A stretch of DNA of 33,345 nucleotides, taken from assembly GCA_964449065.1 (NCBI GenBank), contig CAYVAZ010000013.1, forward strand, positions 1-33,345, given 5' to 3'. The position numbers were made by a program, and so were the translations under genes. The stretch comes from an uncultured bacterium (GTDB taxonomy: Bacteria; Hinthialibacterota; Hinthialibacteria; Hinthialibacterales; Hinthialibacteraceae). The notes below the pieces were generated by a model. That model had not been told where the DNA came from. It worked only from the letters and a program-made list of their open reading frames with translations, and did no database searches. Shown piece by piece: positions 1 through 9,024 of the stretch (position 1 is its first letter; each line of letters starts with the position of its first letter).

Positions 1-111
1 CTGAGAATAGTTGGCTCACAACAAAAACCATTTTTCAAGCAATCGTCAATCATGGGGTGCGTAACATCAGATAATAACCGCAATCAATTCAATACGGATG
101 CTGAATGTTTC

Positions 112-1197
112 ATGAAACAATCCCGAAGGCTGTTTTTACAATCCATACCTATCGCCGGTACACTTACGATTACGATTTCTAGCACAGCAATGTCTAACAC
201 TGCAATGTCTAACAGTGCAAACAATACTCAGGTACCAGCACCTCCTCCCAAACCACCCGCCATCAAGCCGGGAGATCAAATCGGGTTGGTTTGTCCCGGC
301 CGTTTTGTAAAGCCGGAGATGATGCCAGCCGTCACTGCCTATTTTGAAGAAAGGGGTTACCGTTGCAAAGTAGGCGAATCGGTTTCAAAGCCATATCCCG
401 GTGAACTTGCAGGTGCCGATCAAGAACGGGCGCGTGATTTCAACGCGATGATAGCGGATGATTCCATCGCGGCGGTTCTTGCATTGCAGGGCGGGTACGG
501 GGCAAACCGGATTCTGCCGCTCATTGATTATGAAGCATTGGCAACCCATCCGAAATGGATTACCGGCCATCCGGATATGACCGGCCTTCATCATTCGATT
601 CTGCAAAACACAGGATTGACAACTCTGCTTTGCCCAACCCCGGTTGTTGAGTTTGGAAAAGAGAATACCCATTCGGATTCGGAGCAATCGTTTTGGGATA
701 CGCTTGAAGGCCGAATGCCGGTTCGTGATAATCTCTTAGTCCATTACTCATCATGGAAATCAAACAGCACTCCGGAAATGTGGGTACCGGGAAGAGCAAA
801 AGGATATTTGATGGGCGGCAATTTAGAATGTTTGGCTTCACTGGCAGGAACACCTTATGCCATTCCCCGCGATAAAGACATCATTTTATTTTTCGAGGAA
901 TTCGGTGAGGCGGCATACCGGGTTGACCGGTTGCTAACGCAACTGCGGGATTCCGGTGCGTTTGAGCGGGTGAAAGGAATTTTAGCGGGACAGTTTGTGC
1001 ATCCAAAAGATGAGTTGAAAGAAACGCCGATGATCGGTAGAGTGCTGAAAGATCAGCTCATGCAGTATGGTGTTCCGGTGCTGGCCGGCGTACCGTTTGG
1101 GCGGCAGCCATACGACTTATCGATCGTTTGTGGCGCTTGGATTGAAATGGATGCGGAAAATCAATCATTACACTATTTAGAAAGTATTACCTCATGA
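112..1197 (+). CDS. S66 (LD-carboxypeptidase/MccF) family protein with Tat signal, predicted catalytically inactive
   Basis: S66 motifs GDQIGLVCPG, LAGADQERA, QGGYG, GGNL, LFFEEFGE..YRVDR. The ORF track starts at 52, but ATG 112 gives MKQSRRLFL (twin-arginine consensus). The G-Y/F-S-D nucleophile motif reads GHPD and the PFGH motif reads PFGR. Confidence 0.88.
   Translation: MKQSRRLFLQSIPIAGTLTITISSTAMSNTAMSNSANNTQVPAPPPKPPAIKPGDQIGLVCPGRFVKPEMMPAVTAYFEERGYRCKVGESVSKPYPGELAGADQERARDFNAMIADDSIAAVLALQGGYGANRILPLIDYEALATHPKWITGHPDMTGLHHSILQNTGLTTLLCPTPVVEFGKENTHSDSEQSFWDTLEGRMPVRDNLLVHYSSWKSNSTPEMWVPGRAKGYLMGGNLECLASLAGTPYAIPRDKDIILFFEEFGEAAYRVDRLLTQLRDSGAFERVKGILAGQFVHPKDELKETPMIGRVLKDQLMQYGVPVLAGVPFGRQPYDLSIVCGAWIEMDAENQSLHYLESITS
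187..214 (+). repeat. Short tandem duplication (GCAATGTCTAACA x2, period 15) after the signal peptide
   Basis: gcaatgtctaaca at 187-199 and 202-214; encodes TAMSN-TAMSN. Confidence 0.75.
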
Positions 1198-2150
1198 TGG
1201 GTACGATTTGGCCTCAGCCATTAACCAATAAAGATAGGATCCATTTTACCGCACCATCGCGAGGGGTGGAGGATGAAGTCATCCAAGCAGGCCGCAAGTT
1301 TTTTGAACCGTTGGTATCGGAGATCAAGGTATCTGCAAATACAGGCCTAATGGAAGATGATCCTATATTTCAGCAATTGGCGGGATCGGATACGACACGT
1401 GTTGAAGCGGTAAACCGGGCCTTGGCGGATGAAGAATCCAAAGCGGTGATATGTGTGACCGGCGGGTTTGGGGCCACGCGCGTTTTGAAAGAGTTCGATT
1501 ATGAATCCCTCAAAGCCCATCCAAAACTGATCTGCGGGTTTTCGGATATCACGGCATTGCATGCCGCTGTCTATAAAATGACAGGGATGGTCAGTTTGCA
1601 TTCGCCGAATTTGGATTCGTTGCCGTTGCGGGATATGACGCAAGACGCCTGGATTTCCGCATTGCGGGGAAACTTGATTTCAACCGAATCCCCTGAATTT
1701 GAAGCGTTTTTAACCGACGGCCCTCTGGAAACCTGGCAGAAGGGTGTTGCGGAAGGAGTGCTGATAGGCGGCAATTTATCATTGATGGCAGCGGTTGAAG
1801 GAACACCATTTGCTTTACCGAGGGATAGAGATATTGTTTTGTTTTTAGAGGATATCGGGGAAGCGGCAACCCGTGTGGATATGATGCTGCATCAACTGTT
1901 GCTGGCAGGTGCATTTCAGCGGGTTCAAGGGTTAATCCTCGGATATTTCACCAAACGCAAAGCGCAAAAAAACGAGCCGCCGGATTTAATTACGGAAACA
2001 TTGCAAGCGTTTTGTCAAAAGCTGAATATCCCCGTATTGACGAACTTTCCGGTTGGCCATATTAAAAACAATCTTACCGTTGCACATGGCGCGCAAGTTT
2101 GGTTAAATACTGAAAAGCAATCACTACACTATTTGAACTGCCCTTGGTAA
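1194..2150 (+). CDS. LD-carboxypeptidase (S66 family, LdcA-like), intact Ser-Glu-His triad
   Basis: GFSDIT (Ser codon 1542-1544), LFLEDIGE, FPVGH (His codon 2058-2060), GGNLS. Start overlaps the upstream stop (ATGA 1194-1197). No signal peptide. Confidence 0.9.
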   Translation: MMGTIWPQPLTNKDRIHFTAPSRGVEDEVIQAGRKFFEPLVSEIKVSANTGLMEDDPIFQQLAGSDTTRVEAVNRALADEESKAVICVTGGFGATRVLKEFDYESLKAHPKLICGFSDITALHAAVYKMTGMVSLHSPNLDSLPLRDMTQDAWISALRGNLISTESPEFEAFLTDGPLETWQKGVAEGVLIGGNLSLMAAVEGTPFALPRDRDIVLFLEDIGEAATRVDMMLHQLLLAGAFQRVQGLILGYFTKRKAQKNEPPDLITETLQAFCQKLNIPVLTNFPVGHIKNNLTVAHGAQVWLNTEKQSLHYLNCPW

Positions 2151-2366
2151 CTGTTCATACGACTGGTTCTTTTCGCAAAACGTACCATTTTTTTGTATAC
2201 AAAGAACCCAATACTGTCACCTTTTTACACGCTTTTAAAAACGATTTTAATTGTTTTTTCTTATTATATTCGTTTGCCATAACTATATCCAATTCTTAGA
2301 CGTTCCAGCCAACTGGCATTCATTTTGTGTAGCGAACCAACAAATCTCAATAGGTGTGAAGAAATC

Positions 2367-3512
2367 ATGTTACAAAACCGTTTTAAAGTTTGTCAGGTGT
2401 TTGGGTTTTCGATTTATATAGACTGGACTTGGTTTTTCTTGTTGATACTGATTGTGTGGTCATTGACCAACGCGTTTGCGAATTTCTATTCTGAATTGTC
2501 AACCACAACTCATGTTGTCATGGGATTTGTGGGTGCGATTGGTCTCTTTGTTTCCATCATCCTGCATGAAATGGCCCATGCGGTAGCAGCCAGAAACTTC
2601 GGGTTGCCGATATCTGATATTACCCTGTTTATTTTCGGCGGGGTGGCAGAAATGCGCGATGAGCCGCCCAGCCCTAAGGCCGAATTTTGGACGGCGATTG
2701 CCGGACCAATTGCAACAATATTCATTGGCCTGTTTTCGCTTATATGTTTTTCTTTGTCCTCCACCTTTGGCGGTCCACAATGGTTTACGGGAATAGCAGG
2801 ATATATCACTGCCATCAACGCCATATTGCTGCTGTTTAATCTGATCCCCGCCTTTCCACTGGATGGCGGCCGGGTATTGCGTTCGGCCATTTGGTATGCC
2901 ACCGGGCAACTGAGAAAAGCCACCCGCATCTCCAGCATTCTCGGTTCATGTTTTGGATTTGTGTTGATATTTTCCGGATTGTTCAGCCTGATGTTTGGCA
3001 ATTTTATCGGCGGGTTGTGGTGGATTCTGATTGGATTCTTCCTGCATACCGCGGCGCAGATGTCCTTTAAACAATTGGCCATTCGCAACGCCCTAAAAGG
3101 CGATCCGGTCAGCAAGTTTATGAATACAAATGTCATCCGTGTTCCCGCCAATACCACACTTTCCGATATTGTGGAAGAGTATGTTTACCGCTATCATCAT
3201 AAGATGTTTCCGGTGGTGGATGAACCGGAAATGAAATTGCTGGGATGTATAACGACAAAGGAAATAAAAGAGATCGACCGCGAAAAGTGGTCGGATTATA
3301 CCGCCAAAGATATCGCGAAAGCCTGCAATGATGAGAACACCATTGCTCCCAACGCGGATGCGATGGAGGCTTTTGCCAAAATGAATCAAACCGGACAGTC
3401 GCGTTTACTCGTTAAAAGTGATTCTGATCTCGAAGGAATTATTACCTTAAAAGATTTGATGAATCATTTATCCATCAAAATGGAACTGGAAGATGAACAG
3501 GTTCCTAAATAA
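2367..3512 (+). CDS. Site-2 protease (M50 zinc metalloprotease) with C-terminal CBS pair
   Basis: HEMAH zinc motif, LFIFGGVA, AIAGP, FNLIPAFPLDGGR, several TM helices and two CBS-like repeats. ATG 2367 preferred over TTG 2325. Confidence 0.93.
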   Translation: MLQNRFKVCQVFGFSIYIDWTWFFLLILIVWSLTNAFANFYSELSTTTHVVMGFVGAIGLFVSIILHEMAHAVAARNFGLPISDITLFIFGGVAEMRDEPPSPKAEFWTAIAGPIATIFIGLFSLICFSLSSTFGGPQWFTGIAGYITAINAILLLFNLIPAFPLDGGRVLRSAIWYATGQLRKATRISSILGSCFGFVLIFSGLFSLMFGNFIGGLWWILIGFFLHTAAQMSFKQLAIRNALKGDPVSKFMNTNVIRVPANTTLSDIVEEYVYRYHHKMFPVVDEPEMKLLGCITTKEIKEIDREKWSDYTAKDIAKACNDENTIAPNADAMEAFAKMNQTGQSRLLVKSDSDLEGIITLKDLMNHLSIKMELEDEQVPK

Positions 3513-3565
3513 CTCTTTTTGATTCTCAAATATAACTTAAATCTTTTTGATAAGGGTGTACAGTT

Positions 3566-5833
3566 ATGCTGAGTTGGATTCCTTGGAAATTTATCAGCCG
3601 TGTTGTGTCCCGGCGTTATCAAGTGCTTGATCCTTTAACCACCATCGCGCGCATCCGCAATTTTGCCGAACCGTCAGAAGTGCATGAGCCGTTGGAAATC
3701 GTGCGGGCATGGATTGCCTTTCACGCGCGCGGCATTATTAATACCCGCGCGATTCAGCACAATTTGGATTGGATTTGGCCGTATTGGGTGGAGAAGCAGT
3801 TCGATCCAACGGATCAATCTTTCATTCCCCGCGCGTATTCACTCAGCCACATCAACATGACACACAGAAACTGGACGGCGGTAGGTTTACCCGGCTGGGC
3901 TTTGTATCCGCTGGTTGATCCAAGAGGACTGATGACTCCCCATTATGATGGATGGTCTCTGGATTTTTGGATTATCACGAACAGTAGAGAACACCTAATC
4001 CCCAGTCAGGAAGAAGAATGCGTTCAGCATGTAAATTTTCAAGACACCGACAGCATCATCACCGAATTCCGCAAAGAAAAGTTGACCTGTTCCTCTCAAG
4101 TTACCATCAACAATTCCAATGATGTACCCGAAGCACAGTTAAATATAAATGCGTCTGCCGTAGAGGGTGGAAAACTGGTAGTAAGTGTTCGTCCATATAA
4201 CGTAGAGGGTGTACACTTTATCGACAGCATTGAAGCGGGAAACGATAACCACAGTTGGAACATCAATCACAAATACGACGTGCACTTCAGCGAATCCCCC
4301 GATTACTTTTATGCCAGCAATTATGAGCACGGAGATGTCTATCATCAAATCGGTCATGGCAGCCCGACTTCATCCATCCGCTGCAAAGTGGGTATGGCAA
4401 CCGGGGCAGCCGTCTTCAATCTGGACCCGAACCGGGAGAAAAGCATTCATCTTCAAGTTCCATTGAAGCAATCCATGGCCAAGCAGGATATCGAATGGAA
4501 CAAGCATAACGGCAAACGCTCCTCTTCTTGGAAACAAGTCAAAGAAAATGTCGCCCAATGCCGTTTGCCGGATCGGCGGTATCAATCCACTTTTGAATTG
4601 GCCAAACGAACGTTGTTACTGCTTTCACCGCATGAAGTGTATCCGGGGCCGTATGTGTACCGCCGGTTTTGGTACCGGGACGCCTGTTTTATGCTCAACG
4701 CGCTTCTGGCAATAAACGATCAAAAACCGGCTGAATATGCCTTTAACGAGATTTTCCCGGCACGGCAAAAGCGGGATGGCTTTTATGAATCGCAAGAGGG
4801 TGAGTGGGATTCCAACGGAGAAGTGATGTGGCTGGCAGGCCGAATGTATAAACTCTTTGATTACACATTCTCCAATACCGCAATGCAGTCGTTGGAAAAA
4901 GCAGCAGACTGGATGATGAAGAAGCGGCAAAAAAATAAAAAAGGCGGGCCATACGAAGGCCTGTTGCCGCCAGGTTTCAGCGCGGAACACTTCGGTCCCA
5001 ACAACTATTATTATTGGGATAACTTTTGGGGCGTCGCTGGGTTGCGTGCTGTCAGTGAAATCTTTCGGGATACCGGCAATACCGCGTTTGCGGAGAAATG
5101 CCATCAGGATGCTTCTGATTTTTGGCGAACGATTCTGAACAGCATTGAGTCGATTCCGCGGGCGCGTTCACGCGGTGCGATACCGGCCGCTCCGAACCGG
5201 CGGATGGATGCCGGGGCAATCGGTTCGATTGTTGCGGATTATCCGACGCATCTGTTTGAAGCGGGAAACGAACGCATTAAAAATACTGTCGATTTCTTGT
5301 TGGATAACTGCGTAATCGACAACGCCTTCTTCCAGGATATGACTCATTCCGGTCTCAACCCCTATTTAACCCTGCAACTCAGCCAAATTTTATTGCGGGA
5401 ACGGGATGACCGTTACCGGCCTTTGATGGAGAAAACATTGGCCATGGCATCCTCAACCGGGCAGTGGCCGGAAGCGGTTCACCCCCATACCGGCGGGGGC
5501 TGTATGGGCGACGGCCAGCACGGCTGGGCCGCGGCCGAATGGGTGCTGATGGTTCGGGCATTGTTTATCCGCGAAGAAACCGATGAACTGATCATCGGGT
5601 CCGGTTTGCTGCCCGAATGGCTGGAATCGGATGAAGAGTTGTTCTTCGGTCCATCCCCCACACAACACGGCACAATATCCGTCCGTGTAATCAAAGAAGA
5701 TGACAAGCGTAAAATCAAAATCGTTTCACATGGAAAAGATGCCTCTTGTCCGATTCGCATTTCCATTCCAGGATATCAAGAGCGTAACCTGGAAGCATTC
5801 AATCAATACGAGTCGCTCGTGAAAGAAGGATAG
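3566..5833 (+). CDS. Putative six-hairpin (alpha/alpha)6 glycoside hydrolase (GH15-like)
   Basis: FWYRDA, QEGEWDSNG, SAEH..YYWDNFW, GQWPEAVHP and GDGQHGWAAA motifs typical of (a/a)6 glycosidases; 755 aa; stop overlaps the GT4 start. Confidence 0.7.
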   Translation: MLSWIPWKFISRVVSRRYQVLDPLTTIARIRNFAEPSEVHEPLEIVRAWIAFHARGIINTRAIQHNLDWIWPYWVEKQFDPTDQSFIPRAYSLSHINMTHRNWTAVGLPGWALYPLVDPRGLMTPHYDGWSLDFWIITNSREHLIPSQEEECVQHVNFQDTDSIITEFRKEKLTCSSQVTINNSNDVPEAQLNINASAVEGGKLVVSVRPYNVEGVHFIDSIEAGNDNHSWNINHKYDVHFSESPDYFYASNYEHGDVYHQIGHGSPTSSIRCKVGMATGAAVFNLDPNREKSIHLQVPLKQSMAKQDIEWNKHNGKRSSSWKQVKENVAQCRLPDRRYQSTFELAKRTLLLLSPHEVYPGPYVYRRFWYRDACFMLNALLAINDQKPAEYAFNEIFPARQKRDGFYESQEGEWDSNGEVMWLAGRMYKLFDYTFSNTAMQSLEKAADWMMKKRQKNKKGGPYEGLLPPGFSAEHFGPNNYYYWDNFWGVAGLRAVSEIFRDTGNTAFAEKCHQDASDFWRTILNSIESIPRARSRGAIPAAPNRRMDAGAIGSIVADYPTHLFEAGNERIKNTVDFLLDNCVIDNAFFQDMTHSGLNPYLTLQLSQILLRERDDRYRPLMEKTLAMASSTGQWPEAVHPHTGGGCMGDGQHGWAAAEWVLMVRALFIREETDELIIGSGLLPEWLESDEELFFGPSPTQHGTISVRVIKEDDKRKIKIVSHGKDASCPIRISIPGYQERNLEAFNQYESLVKEG

Positions 5834-7125
5834 TGCCATTGAAGATCGCTATGTTCACCAACACATACGAACCAATGATTGGCGGGATTGAGAATTCCGT
5901 CAAATTCTTTACGGAAGATTTGGAAGAGTTTGGGGAAGAAACATTAATCATTACCCCAACTTTTGAAGGCGCGGAGGAGTCGACTGAAACGGTCTTTCGC
6001 ATCCCCAGCGTAAAAAAAATATTCGGGTCGCAATATTCCTTAAAGCTACCGATTTCTCCCGGATTGAAACAACGGCTGGATGAATTTCAACCCGATTTAA
6101 TCCATAGCCATCAACCCTTTATGCTGGGGGATACCGCTTTGCGGTCAGCACGTGCACGCGGCGTTCCGCTGGTGTTCACAAACCATTCGCTTTATGAACG
6201 CTACGCCAGCATATTTGGGACCCAAAGCGATCTGGCAAGCCATATTGCCAAACGGCTGCCGGTGGAATACGCGAATTTATCCAATTTAGTTATTACACCT
6301 ACACAATCCATTTTGGATTTACTCAAAGAACGCGGCGTCACGCAGCCGATGAAGGTACAGCCTACAGGTATCGAAACCGGATTCTTTGGTTCCGGCAACC
6401 GTGAGGACGGACGGCAAAAATGGAACATGGATTCATCCGATTTTGTCATCGGCCATGTGGGCAGAATTGTGGAAGCAAAAAATGTAATGTATTTAGCGAA
6501 AGCGGTAGCACAAGTGCTTTCTCAGCATGAACATGCCAAATTTCTCTTAGTAGGTGATGGAGAGTCGCATAAGGGAATGATGGATTACTTTACGGAAAAC
6601 GGTGTAGACAGCCAAGTCATTGCACCGGGCGCTTTGAAAGGCCAAGCGCTTGTGGATGCGTATGCCGCGATGGATGTGTTTGCCTTTACCTCGTTCACCG
6701 ACACGCAGGGGTTGGTGTTGGCGGAATGCATGTGCGCTGGGGCCCCTCCAATCGCCTTGGATGCGCCGGGCGCGAGAGACGTGATTGAGCCTAACAAGAG
6801 CGGTATCCTGCTGCCGGGAGACACCCAAGTAGAGCAATACGCTGAAGCGCTGGTATCAATCATGCATGATTCACAACGCTTGGAACGTCTCAAACAAAAC
6901 GCACTTGAACGCTGCCAGCAGTATGACCGCAAAGCGTGCGCGAAATCTCTTCAGCGAATCTACCGTGATTTGCTTGACGGCTTTCAACCGCAGCATTTTG
7001 AAAGTTCGTGGGATGCGGTGGTACATGGAGTTGGCGTGGAGTTGGATTTACTGAAAGAAAAAACATCCATCGCGATTGATGCTCTTTGGCACAGCAGGGA
7101 ATCGCAAAAGGCCCCCCGCAAATAA
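5833..7125 (+). CDS. Glycosyltransferase family 4 (GT-B; diacylglycerol glucosyltransferase-like)
   Basis: KIAMFTNTY.P..GG, IHSHQPF, HVGR...KN, FTSFTDTQGLVLAE (E/D-x7-E motif). GTG start overlaps the TAG of the previous gene. Confidence 0.92.
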   Translation: MPLKIAMFTNTYEPMIGGIENSVKFFTEDLEEFGEETLIITPTFEGAEESTETVFRIPSVKKIFGSQYSLKLPISPGLKQRLDEFQPDLIHSHQPFMLGDTALRSARARGVPLVFTNHSLYERYASIFGTQSDLASHIAKRLPVEYANLSNLVITPTQSILDLLKERGVTQPMKVQPTGIETGFFGSGNREDGRQKWNMDSSDFVIGHVGRIVEAKNVMYLAKAVAQVLSQHEHAKFLLVGDGESHKGMMDYFTENGVDSQVIAPGALKGQALVDAYAAMDVFAFTSFTDTQGLVLAECMCAGAPPIALDAPGARDVIEPNKSGILLPGDTQVEQYAEALVSIMHDSQRLERLKQNALERCQQYDRKACAKSLQRIYRDLLDGFQPQHFESSWDAVVHGVGVELDLLKEKTSIAIDALWHSRESQKAPRK

Positions 7126-7181
7126 ACCGTTTAATACCAATTGCAAATAGAAACACCGAGAAAAATAAATTCAAGCCATGT

Positions 7182-7244
7182 GCAGACAAGATGCCTATAC
7201 TAAAACGATTCTTAGGTTGGTTGTGGTGCATGCGCCCTGCCTGC
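7182..7244. repeat. Degenerate inverted pair of REP-like sequences
   Basis: GCAGACAAGATGCCTATACTAAAA (7182-7205) matches the reverse complement of 7221-7244 (GCAGGCAGGGCGCATGCACCACAA) at 16/24 positions. Resembles GCAGGCAAGATGCCTGCACCACAA-type REPs. Confidence 0.5.
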
Positions 7245-7276
7245 GAATGCCATTTTCTCACAAATTCAAATTGCAA

Positions 7277-7285
7277 TGGTATAAC
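7277..7285 (+). promoter_or_regulatory. Possible extended -10 promoter upstream of gdhA
   Basis: TGG-TATAAC (TGn + -10 hexamer) in the intergenic region, about 270 bp before gdhA. Confidence 0.3.
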
Positions 7286-7556
7286 CCACCGGGATCATCC
7301 TATCCGGTCTTGCAAACGCGATCTTATATCGTATACCCTCATCCGGATATTTCCTGCGGCTTGGTTCAAACGATTTCGATGAAGTTGGAGTATTTCGTTT
7401 CGTTAAGCGTTTGTGAATCGTATCTGTGGGCCATAGGATAAAACCAAACCGGTGGTTTGAGGCCGGTGCGAACCCAAGCAAACGGTTTCCGTTAATTAAT
7501 TTCGTAATGACTCTACCATTTCATTTTGAAAAATCAAAACGCAAAGGATACCTGGT

Positions 7557-8906
7557 ATGAACGAATGTCCAAGAGATTTAGAACACTTCATGGAAGGCTT
7601 GAAAAAACGCAATCCGCATGAGAAAGAGTTTCATCAAGCGGTGTACGAAGTTGCCGAATCGGTGATGCCCTTCTATCTCGACAATAAAGAGTATTGCAAA
7701 GCGCAAATCCTCCAGCGGCTTACGGAGCCGGACCGCATCATCATTTTTCGGGTTTCCTGGGAAACGGATGACGGAGATATCCGTGCCAACCGTGCATGGC
7801 GGGTGCAGTTTAACAATTCACTGGGGCCGTATAAGGGTGGTCTTCGCTTTCATCCCAGCGTGACCCAAAGCGTATTGAAGTTTTTAGGCTTCGAACAAAT
7901 CTTTAAAAACAGCCTCACCGGCCTGCCGATGGGCGGAGCCAAAGGCGGCTCCAATTTTAACCCGAAAGGCAAAAGCAGCCACGAAGTGATGCGCTTTTGT
8001 CAATCCTTCATGATCGAACTTAGCCGTCACATCGGTGAGGATGTGGATATCCCGGCAGGCGATATCGGGGTCGGCAGCCGTGAGATTAGTTTTATGTTCG
8101 GGCAGTATATGCGGATTAAAAACCGCTGGACCGGTGTGCTGACTGGAAAGGGAAGTTCATTCGGCGGCAGCGCGGTGCGCACGGAAGCAACCGGCTACGG
8201 CTGTGTGTATTTCTGCGATGCCATGCTTAAACATCATAACGAAGAAATCGCGGGGAAGAGAATTGCTGTCAGCGGCAGTGGGAACGTGGCGATTTATGCT
8301 GCCGAAAAAGCGCTCCAAAAGGGAGCGATGGTGTTGACGCTGAGCGATTCGGACGGATTCATCCACTTCAAAGACGGATTAACCCAAGAGCAACTGGCCG
8401 AAGTGAAAGACCTGAAAGAAAACCGCCGCGGCCGGATATCCGAAATGGTGGATACGCACAACGGAATCGAATTTCACAAAGACGCCAAACCGTGGGCAGT
8501 GCCATGTGATGTTGCCATGCCGTGCGCGACACAGAATGAGCTGGATGGGGAGGACGCGCAGCGGTTGATCGACAACCGAGTCATGGCGGTGTGCGAGGGC
8601 GCGAACATGCCGACCACCGCGGATGCGTTAAACCTTTTTCGGCAGCATAAGGTGCTTCATGCCCCCGGAAAGGCCTCGAACGCGGGCGGTGTCGCGGTCA
8701 GCGGCTTGGAACAAAGCCAAAACGCGATGCGCATCAGTTGGTCGCGGGAAGAAGTGGACAACCGCTTGCTGGGCATCATGAATGATATTCACGCACGCTG
8801 CATTGAATTCGGCGAGACGAATGGACATGTGGATTATGTGCATGGAGCCAATATCGCCGGCTTTCAAAAAGTCGCGGAAGCGATGCTGGCATACGGTGTG
8901 GTTTGA
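7557..8906 (+). CDS. gdhA: NADP-specific glutamate dehydrogenase
   Basis: GPYKGGLRFHP, MGGAKGGSNF, DIPAGDIGVG, RTEATGYG, GSGNVA, EGANMP, NAGGVAVSGLE; 449 aa; AAAGGA RBS. Confidence 0.97.
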   Translation: MNECPRDLEHFMEGLKKRNPHEKEFHQAVYEVAESVMPFYLDNKEYCKAQILQRLTEPDRIIIFRVSWETDDGDIRANRAWRVQFNNSLGPYKGGLRFHPSVTQSVLKFLGFEQIFKNSLTGLPMGGAKGGSNFNPKGKSSHEVMRFCQSFMIELSRHIGEDVDIPAGDIGVGSREISFMFGQYMRIKNRWTGVLTGKGSSFGGSAVRTEATGYGCVYFCDAMLKHHNEEIAGKRIAVSGSGNVAIYAAEKALQKGAMVLTLSDSDGFIHFKDGLTQEQLAEVKDLKENRRGRISEMVDTHNGIEFHKDAKPWAVPCDVAMPCATQNELDGEDAQRLIDNRVMAVCEGANMPTTADALNLFRQHKVLHAPGKASNAGGVAVSGLEQSQNAMRISWSREEVDNRLLGIMNDIHARCIEFGETNGHVDYVHGANIAGFQKVAEAMLAYGVV

Positions 8907-9024
8907 GCCGGGTTACTTCGCCTGGTGGAAAAAACGAAATGGTTTCGTCAGCCCTCCATCTCTGTTTCAGGTTTATCTATAATAACAAATCATTGGACGT
9001 TCCATTTTCGATTTGAGGCCACTA

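Noticed and set aside
52..111. Upstream in-frame start for the first S66 gene
   Set aside because: ATG 112 places the twin-arginine motif at the N-terminus, and the 20-aa extension looks non-coding.
2314..2329. sigma54-like TGGCAT-N5-TTGT upstream of the site-2 protease
   Set aside because: The -12 element reads GT rather than the near-invariant GC.
2510..3157. 215-aa antisense ORF, plus other long antisense or alternate-frame ORFs (e.g. 17627-18301, 24005-24658, 26006-26578, 30862-31422)
   Set aside because: They are shadows of well-supported genes on the opposite strand and have no family motifs.
7086..7481. Short ORFs in the GT4-gdhA intergenic region
   Set aside because: No RBS, no motifs, mutually overlapping, and they cross REP-like DNA.
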